Shown here: positions 58,310-64,000 of the stretch, piece by piece
Layout of the letters: each line of letters starts with the position of its first letter
Numbering within the stretch: the stretch's first letter is position 1
Source: an uncultured delta proteobacterium
GTDB lineage: Bacteria > Desulfobacterota > BSN033 > UBA1163
Length of the DNA: 64,000 nt
Reading direction: 5' to 3'
Assembly: GCA_963695895.1 (NCBI GenBank)
Contig: CAVOIK010000011.1
Span: 34,561-98,560 of the forward strand
Translations under genes and position numbers: made by a program
The notes under the pieces: generated by a model
What the model was told of the DNA's origin: nothing
Seen by the model: only the letters and a program-made list of their open reading frames with translations
Database searches by the model: none

Positions 58310-59614
58310 ATGCCCGTCGATCCGTTGCTTCAGATCGTTGCAGAGTGGATCGAAGAAGTAACGCTTCCAAAACTGATCCCACGAAGCATCGCTCCCATCA
58401 ACCTTGAGCGACTCCGGGACATCCTTGCCATCGTGGGACCACGACGAGCGGGTAAGACGTTTCTCATGTATCAACTCATGGGGTCGCTGCTCCAAACGCA
58501 TCGGTGGACGAAACAGGATATCCTCTTTGTTGACTTCGAAGATTACCGATTGAAGGGGTTCCGGACGGAGGACGTGGAACCGCTCTTTGTCGCTTTTAAT
58601 CAGCTCGCAGGACGATATCCGACCTTTCTCTTCTTTGATGAAGTCCAGTATCTCCCAGATTGGAACCGGGTGCTCCGCACGCTCCACAATCGAGGGAGAT
58701 TTCATATTGTCATCTCCGGCAGCAACTCCAAACTTCTTAAGGGCGAAGTGGCAACGGAACTCCGGGGGCGTTATACGGATGTCCTCCTCCTGCCGTTCTC
58801 TTTTCGAGAATTTCTCGCTTTCCGGCGGGTCACCTACACCCCGGCCCTTCTTCACACAGCGGCCCGAGGTCGCATCCTGCGAGCGTTTGACGACTACTTG
58901 AAAGAAGGAGGGTTTCCGGAGGTGTTGATCCGTGAAGCAACGACGGAAAAAAGGAAGCTTCTCCAGACGTACTATAACACGATCTTCTACCGCGATATTC
59001 TGGAACGGTTTAACATCAAGGCAAAAACCATCCTCGACGGGATGATGACCTACGTCGTGAATACACCCTCAGAACTGTTTTCCATTTCTGCCTTCGAAAA
59101 ACAGCTCCGGTCGAAACAGATCCCCGGAAGCAAGCGAACCATTGCCAATTATCTTCGCTACCTGCAGGAGGCTTTCTTCGTGATCGCGAACGAGAAGTTC
59201 TCCTATTCCCCGCGGCATCGCCTGATGAATCCCAAAAAAGTCTATCTGACGGACACGGGATTTCTGATGTTAGCCACCCCATTCTCGGAAAACCGGGGCA
59301 AAGTGCTGGAAAATCTCGTCGCCATTGAGTTTTTCAGGCGAGAGCAGGAGATGTTTTACTTCAAGGGTAGACACGAATGTGATTTCATCGTCAAAGAGGG
59401 GACTCAACCTCGGGAAGCAATCCAGGTCTGCTGGGAGCTTCAGCCGCAGAACGAGAAGCGGGAGCTCCAGGGATTGTTGGAGGCCATGATCACCCTGAAA
59501 CTACGAAAGGGCAGGGTTTTGACCTACGCCCAGGAAGAGACGAGAAAGATCGAAGGCCGAACGGTCTCCGTCTCCCCAGTATGGAAATGGTTGTTAAACA
59601 GTGAGGTCCAGTGA
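58310..59614 (+). CDS. AAA-type ATPase with a DUF4143 C-terminal domain
   Basis: Walker A GPRRAGKT and Walker B FLFFDEVQ. The C-terminal DUF4143-like region is typical of this family. Confidence 0.75.
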   Translation: MPVDPLLQIVAEWIEEVTLPKLIPRSIAPINLERLRDILAIVGPRRAGKTFLMYQLMGSLLQTHRWTKQDILFVDFEDYRLKGFRTEDVEPLFVAFNQLAGRYPTFLFFDEVQYLPDWNRVLRTLHNRGRFHIVISGSNSKLLKGEVATELRGRYTDVLLLPFSFREFLAFRRVTYTPALLHTAARGRILRAFDDYLKEGGFPEVLIREATTEKRKLLQTYYNTIFYRDILERFNIKAKTILDGMMTYVVNTPSELFSISAFEKQLRSKQIPGSKRTIANYLRYLQEAFFVIANEKFSYSPRHRLMNPKKVYLTDTGFLMLATPFSENRGKVLENLVAIEFFRREQEMFYFKGRHECDFIVKEGTQPREAIQVCWELQPQNEKRELQGLLEAMITLKLRKGRVLTYAQEETRKIEGRTVSVSPVWKWLLNSEVQ

Positions 59615-59827
59615 CAAGGCCAAGTAGGCATTGTGCCTGCCTGCCGGTAGGCAGGCGCTATGCCTGCTTGCAGGTCCGAAGCAGAGCAGGCTGCGTAGGA
59701 GGATGCGCTGTGCGACTTTCAATTTTTGGGGTTCACTCTATGCCCTATGCGCTATGCTCTTTGCGTTTTTTGCTTGCACCCCTTACTCCTTGCGCCTCGC
59801 GCCTAACGGTATCTCTTGGAGGTGCTT

Positions 59828-60007
59828 ATGCCAGCAATTGCATCTCTTGAAGACCTAAAATCTGCGCAGAAAGATCTTCTGGAAGCGAAGGATCTGGATG
59901 AGTTGAAGGGAGTGTTCAAGAAGTGGCGAAGAATTGGATGGAAAAATGTGTGCAAGCTGTGGCTGGAAGAGAGAACCCCGGAACAATTGAAAGGTGAAGG
60001 CGAATAA
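59828..60007 (+). CDS. 59-aa repeated ORF, copy 3
   Basis: MPAIASLEDLKSAQKDLLEAKDLDELKGVFKKWRRIGWKNVCKLWLEERTPEQLKGEGE. Confidence 0.6.
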   Translation: MPAIASLEDLKSAQKDLLEAKDLDELKGVFKKWRRIGWKNVCKLWLEERTPEQLKGEGE

Positions 60008-60227
60008 ACCTCATTTTGGTGAGTTAGAGATGCCGTGTACGTTCTTAGTTTTGTCCCCTTGCGACTTACGACTCGCGACTTGCAGCTTTTTTATACCCCT
60101 TACTCCTTTCGCCTTGCACCTTACGGTATTTTATGGTCACCAGAGCAGTTGAAGGGGGAGGGCGAGTGAATAGTGTAGACCTGACACACCAAAACGACAA
60201 AACATATACAATCTCTTACATGGAGCC

Positions 60228-60794
60228 ATGAGAATGGGCAAAGACGTGGAATTGGTTTCTCCAGAGCACATCGAACAATCGATCCTGTTGATTCGTCACC
60301 AAAAAGTGATGCTTGACTCTAACTTGGCGGAACTTTACGGAGTGAGCACGAAAAGGTTAAATGAGCAGGTTAAACGAAATCGTGCACGTTTTCCGGGGGA
60401 TTTTATGTTTCAATTGACAGTATCAGAGACCGACATTTTGAGGTCGCAATTTGCGACCTCAAAAAAGGGAGGCGGGGGGCGTCGGTACCTTCCATATGCT
60501 TTCACAGAGCAAGGGGTAGCCATGCTATCCAGCGTGCTCAACAGTGAAAGAGCAATTCAGGTTAACATCGAGATCATGCGTGCTTTTGTCCGATTGCGGC
60601 GAATTCTCGCCTCTCATGCTGCTTTGGCTCGAAAGCTTGACGCTCTCGAAAAGAAATATGATGCCCAGTTCAAGGTTGTCTTTGATGCCATACGTGAATT
60701 GATGAAACCCCCTGAATCCAAAAAGCGCCCAATCGGGTTTCTTGTTGAGGAGCCTAAGGTTCCTTATCTCACAAGAAGGAAAAGGAAAAGTTAG
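60228..60794 (+). CDS. ORF6N domain DNA-binding protein
   Basis: [43 protein letters not shown]...[19 protein letters not shown] is typical of ORF6N. Confidence 0.75.
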   Translation: MRMGKDVELVSPEHIEQSILLIRHQKVMLDSNLAELYGVSTKRLNEQVKRNRARFPGDFMFQLTVSETDILRSQFATSKKGGGGRRYLPYAFTEQGVAMLSSVLNSERAIQVNIEIMRAFVRLRRILASHAALARKLDALEKKYDAQFKVVFDAIRELMKPPESKKRPIGFLVEEPKVPYLTRRKRKS

Positions 60795-60986
60795 GTGTTG
60801 GGGAAGAGGTTCAGATGTGGCAATTCATGATATGTGTTTTGCGTCGCCCTTGCGACTTACGACTCGCAACTTGCGACTTTCAGTTTTTTGGGGGGTTACC
60901 CTATGCTCTATGCGCCATGCGCTATGCTTTTCTTGTGCCCCTAACTCCTTGCACCTCACGCCTAACGGTATCTTTTGGAGGTGCTT

Positions 60987-61160
60987 ATGCCAGCAATTGC
61001 ATCTCTTGAAGACTTAAAAGCTGCCCAAAAGCCTTTACGCGTGATGCTCTCTGCGCTATGCTCTATGCTTTAGGAAAATGGCGGCGTATGGCTGGGAAAA
61101 TGTGTGTAAGTTATGGCTGGAAGAGAGAACCCCGGAACAATTGAAAGGTGAAGGCGAATA
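60987..61160 (+). pseudogene. 59-aa repeated ORF, copy 4, with its central part replaced by heptamer repeats
   Basis: The 5' 45 nt and 3' ~85 nt match copies 1-3. Positions 61032-61074 read cctttacgcgtgatgctctctgcgctatgctctatgctttagg instead of the coding sequence. Confidence 0.75.
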
Positions 61161-61447
61161 AACGTGATTTTGGTGAGTTAGAGGTGCTGTGTGCGGTCTT
61201 ACTTTCGATCCCTCGCTCCTTGCGCCTCACTCCTTACTGAGTTGAGAGGAGTGGGTGTCTGGATCGAAAAACTGAAAGAAATGAGCAACGTCCCAACCCA
61301 ACGCACTGCAAACCCAGCGCAAAATTGGCTATTCTGATTATCCCGGACAGTGATTCCGATTTGATGCCGGACGCCTGTTCCGAAGGATGGCGGACACCCT
61401 GGTCGGAGCGAAGCGACGCTGGGGTTTTAGGATATCTTACCGATGAA

Positions 61448-62188
61448 TCATGGGACGTCAAGTTTTTGTTTCTTTCTCATGGATCCTCCTTTCAATTGAA
61501 TGCGGTGAGCATTGTGAATCAGTCGATCCAGGATGGCATCGGCGATCGTTGGATCCCCGATATGGTCGTGCCAGTTTTCCACAGGGAGCTGGCTCGTGAT
61601 AAGGGTAGAGGTATTGCCGTGGCGGTCTTCGATGACTTCCAGAAGATCTCTTCGCTCGGTGTCGGTCAGAGGGGCTAAGCCCAAATCGTCAAGGACGAGG
61701 AGATGGGTTTTGGAGAACTTTTTGATGAGACTTCCATAACTGCCATCGGCCCGGGCGAGAGCGATCTGATAGAAGAACTGAGGGCAACGGAGGTAAAGGG
61801 TTCGGAATCCTTCGCGGCAGGCTTTCTGAGCCAGGGCACAGGCGAGGAAGGTTTTTCCGACACCCGTGGGACCGGAGATCAGAAGATTCTGATGGTTTCG
61901 GATCCAGTTACAGGAGGCAAGATTCAGGAGGACCGATTTTTCGATGCCCCGGGATGTTTTGAAGTCGATATCTTCGACGCAGGCCTGGAGTTTAAGTTTG
62001 GCCTCTTTGAGAAGTCGTTTGAGGCGAGTGTTTTCCTTCCAGGTCCATTGACGATCGACGAGGATACCAAAGCGGTCATCGAAAGAGAGATCCTGGAAGG
62101 AAGGCTGCTGGGACTGTTCTTTAAAGGCCTCAGCCATGCCGAGAAGTTTCATGCCATAGAGTTTGTCAAAGGTCTGTTCGTTGAGCAT
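61448..62188 (-). CDS. istB: IS21 helper ATPase IstB
   Basis: Walker A GPTGVGKTF, Walker B LLVLDDLG, 246 aa. Confidence 0.9.
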   Translation of the reverse strand: MLNEQTFDKLYGMKLLGMAEAFKEQSQQPSFQDLSFDDRFGILVDRQWTWKENTRLKRLLKEAKLKLQACVEDIDFKTSRGIEKSVLLNLASCNWIRNHQNLLISGPTGVGKTFLACALAQKACREGFRTLYLRCPQFFYQIALARADGSYGSLIKKFSKTHLLVLDDLGLAPLTDTERRDLLEVIEDRHGNTSTLITSQLPVENWHDHIGDPTIADAILDRLIHNAHRIQLKGGSMRKKQKLDVP

Positions 62189-62205
62189 GGGGTTTCATCA
62201 TCCTT

Positions 62206-63754
62206 TCACTGATAGTATTGTCTTCCTCTGAGGTTTGAATGTTCAAGCAGAGGCGGAGGGGTTTGAGAAGAAGCGACGGTAAGGGGCTGCCGATCCAATC
62301 CATTTTTGAGGATGGACTCCACGTTCTTATAGGAATAGGCTTTCATTCTGAGCGCTCTGGCGCAGGCAGATTCGAGACGCTCGGGAGTGTAACGTTTTCC
62401 TAACCGAAGCAGGCCCAGACACGAGCGGTACCCCTGCTCCGGGTGAGGACGGTTCTCCAGGATGCAGGCGACCAGTTTCTGAGTGGAAGGGCCGATCTTC
62501 GCTGCCCATCCGATGAGCCGAGAAGGAGTCCATTCGAGATATTTCTGATGGGACTTGGGCATGTGCTCGGAGACGGTGGTGGGTTTCCCGGGGCGATAGC
62601 TCCGGAGATGGGAGGCGACTCTTCGGCCCTTGAAGAAGATCTCGACGGTGGTCTCGGTGAATCGCACCTCCACCTTCTGGTGAATCAGCTGATAGGGAAC
62701 GCTGTAGTAATGGCGATCCACCTCGATATGGTAATCGATATTGACCTTGGCGCTTTTCCATTCGGCAAAGACGAACCGTTGAGAGGGGAGAGGCTTCAAG
62801 GCGGGTTTTTCCAGAGTCTCGAAGAGGATCTTGCGAGAGGTAGGGAGTTTCTCAAAGGGGCGATGGTTTAAGATCTCCAGTTGGACCCGGAGGGCTTGAT
62901 TGAGTTCCGTGAGACTGAAGAAGGTTCGGTGTCTTAGGGGAGCCAGACCCCAGCGTTCAATCTGCAGGACCGCGGACTCTCCCTTGGCCTTATCCCGGGG
63001 CTTACCGACACGAGCAGGAATGATGACGGTGCCGTAGTGCTCAGCCATTTCCCGGTAGGTGGCATTGAGGTCGGGTTCATAGCGGCAGGAGCGGGTGACA
63101 GCCGAGCGGAGGTTATCGGGGACCAGGATCTCGGCAACACCACCAAAGAATTCAAAGGCATGGATATGGGACTCGATCCAGGAAGGAAGCTCTTGGGAGA
63201 GGGAGGCTTCGGCAAAGGTGTAGTTACTGGCCCCTAGGGTGGCCACAAAGATCTGGGCTTCGGTGATGAGTCCCGTTACGGGATCAACGATCGGCATGGT
63301 CTGGCCGGCATAGTCGACGAAGAGCTTTTCTCCGGCTCGGTACTCTTGGCGAAGACAGGGGTCGAGCTTCTCAGCCCATTGGTGGTAGAGGCGACAGAAC
63401 TGACTATACTGGTACCCGTCGGGAGTTCCCTTGCTTGTACTCATCCCATAGGAGCTGAAGCGTCACCCCCTTCTTCTTGAGTTCCTGGTTCAGGTACTCC
63501 ATGGGAGGCATTTGGCGCTTCTCTGAGGGGATAGGGACCCTGGTAGGAAAGAGACGATGCTCCAGGGAGGCTTCATCCAGATCAGGAGGAAGGGGCCAGC
63601 CAAATCCGGCCTTCTGAGCACGATCCAGATAGTCATGAACCGTGCTTCGACCGATCCCCAGGCTTTGAGCGATTTCTCGGGTGGAGAGATTCTTTTCGTG
63701 GTAGAGACGCAGTACTTCTTTAACCTTACGCATGGATAATCTCCTTGTGGCCAT
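62206..63754 (-). CDS. istA: IS21 transposase IstA, indel near 63425
   Basis: The N-terminal HTH (STREIAQSLGIGRSTVHDYL) lies in ORF 63404..63754. The DDE core (VDYAGQT...) lies in ORF 62206..63444. Confidence 0.88.
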
Positions 63755-63875
63755 CTATGCCTCCTCAGAACGTTTCTCTGAGGACAGTAATGGCTCGATG
63801 GTCGATTATCCAGCGTCACTTCTCCAAAGACTTACAAGGTGTCCGGCATCAATCGGAATGACTGTCCGGGATGGA

Positions 63876-64000
63876 TCGTGGTAAAGACGCAGGACTTCTT
63901 TAACTTTACGCATGGATAATCTCCTTGTGGCCATCTATACCTCCTCAGAAGGTTTCTCTGAGGACAGTAATGGCTCGATGGTTGATTATCCAGCGTCACT
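63876..64000 (-). mobile_element. Second IS21 copy: left end plus the first ~12 codons of istA, interrupted by the complete copy and continuing beyond the window edge
   Basis: 63887-64000 duplicates 63705-63820 at about 95% identity. The junction falls right after ...LRLYH (taccac|gatccat). Confidence 0.75.

Larger units (their letters stand above)
61340..63872 (-). mobile_element. IS21-family insertion sequence (istA and istB), about 2.53 kb
   Basis: Terminal inverted repeats are atcccggacagtGattccgatttgatgccggacgcc (61340, plus strand) and atcccggacagtCattccgattgatgccggacacc (63872, minus strand). The boundaries are accurate to about 3 nt. Confidence 0.8.

Noticed and set aside
52187-61017. 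ORFs of 60-107 aa inside the junction blocks (for example 52187-52396, 52266-52484, 56880-57152, 59611-59858, 60742-61017)
   Set aside because: They are translations of the heptamer repeats, giving reiterated LCPMRHA/LAPCDLRL strings. They occur in all frames and have no RBS.
57100-61200. A possible CRISPR array, because of regularly recurring conserved segments
   Set aside because: The repeated units are 200-450 bp long and contain a protein-coding ORF. The 'spacers' are whole genes of 350-1300 bp. There is no short direct repeat of 24-48 nt with constant spacing, and there are no cas genes.
52240-61240. Integron attC sites at the cassette junctions
   Set aside because: GCCTAAC (RYYYAAC-like) and GTTGGAG motifs do occur, but only 7 nt apart. 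The junction repeats all have the same orientation, so they cannot form the R''/L''-L'/R' hairpin. No intI gene is present. This is left as a formal check with a covariance model.

Overview
The window is a bacterial chromosome segment that looks close to 50% GC by eye (not computed). I cannot assign a taxon. It is probably a draft-quality assembly, because about 18 genes are split by single-base indels, several of them in homopolymer runs. It falls into four parts.

- **1-33 kb, core genes:** glyQ/glyS, larC, tilS and corA come first. A seven-gene molybdenum-cofactor cluster (DUF169, mog, MOSC, moaC, moaA, moeA-PBP, moeA) sits behind a Moco riboswitch with an intrinsic terminator. Next are an Fe3+-type ABC transporter, glpABC, a PAS histidine kinase, a bifunctional nuclease, an rph-rdgB reading frame, and a tRNA cluster (Pro, Arg, His, Arg, Lys).
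- **33-45 kb, island:** this stretch looks AT-richer and is bracketed by the 3' part of tRNA-Lys and a 44-nt copy of it. It carries an ABC importer with three hydrolases, IS debris and vapBC.
- **45-52 kb, miscellaneous genes:** DUF362, saccharopine dehydrogenase-like, a BASS transporter, and a brnA-like antitoxin gene with possible brnT relics upstream.
- **52-64 kb, the most unusual part:** a same-strand array of unrelated small gene modules. These are wHTH-nucleotidyltransferase/HEPN, DUF2130, SatD/DUF3307, cupin, a DUF4143 ATPase and ORF6N. They are separated by junction blocks built from heptamer repeats. A 59-aa ORF with no family I recognise occurs four times in the array, and there are two further 3' relics of it. 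The array ends at an IS21-family element that interrupts a second IS21 copy.

The whole window is dense in dispersed repeats. These include a roughly 125-bp MITE-like family, IR-bounded 'caccgcagag' elements, a shared 20-bp palindrome, and 6-8-nt tandem-repeat hairpins.
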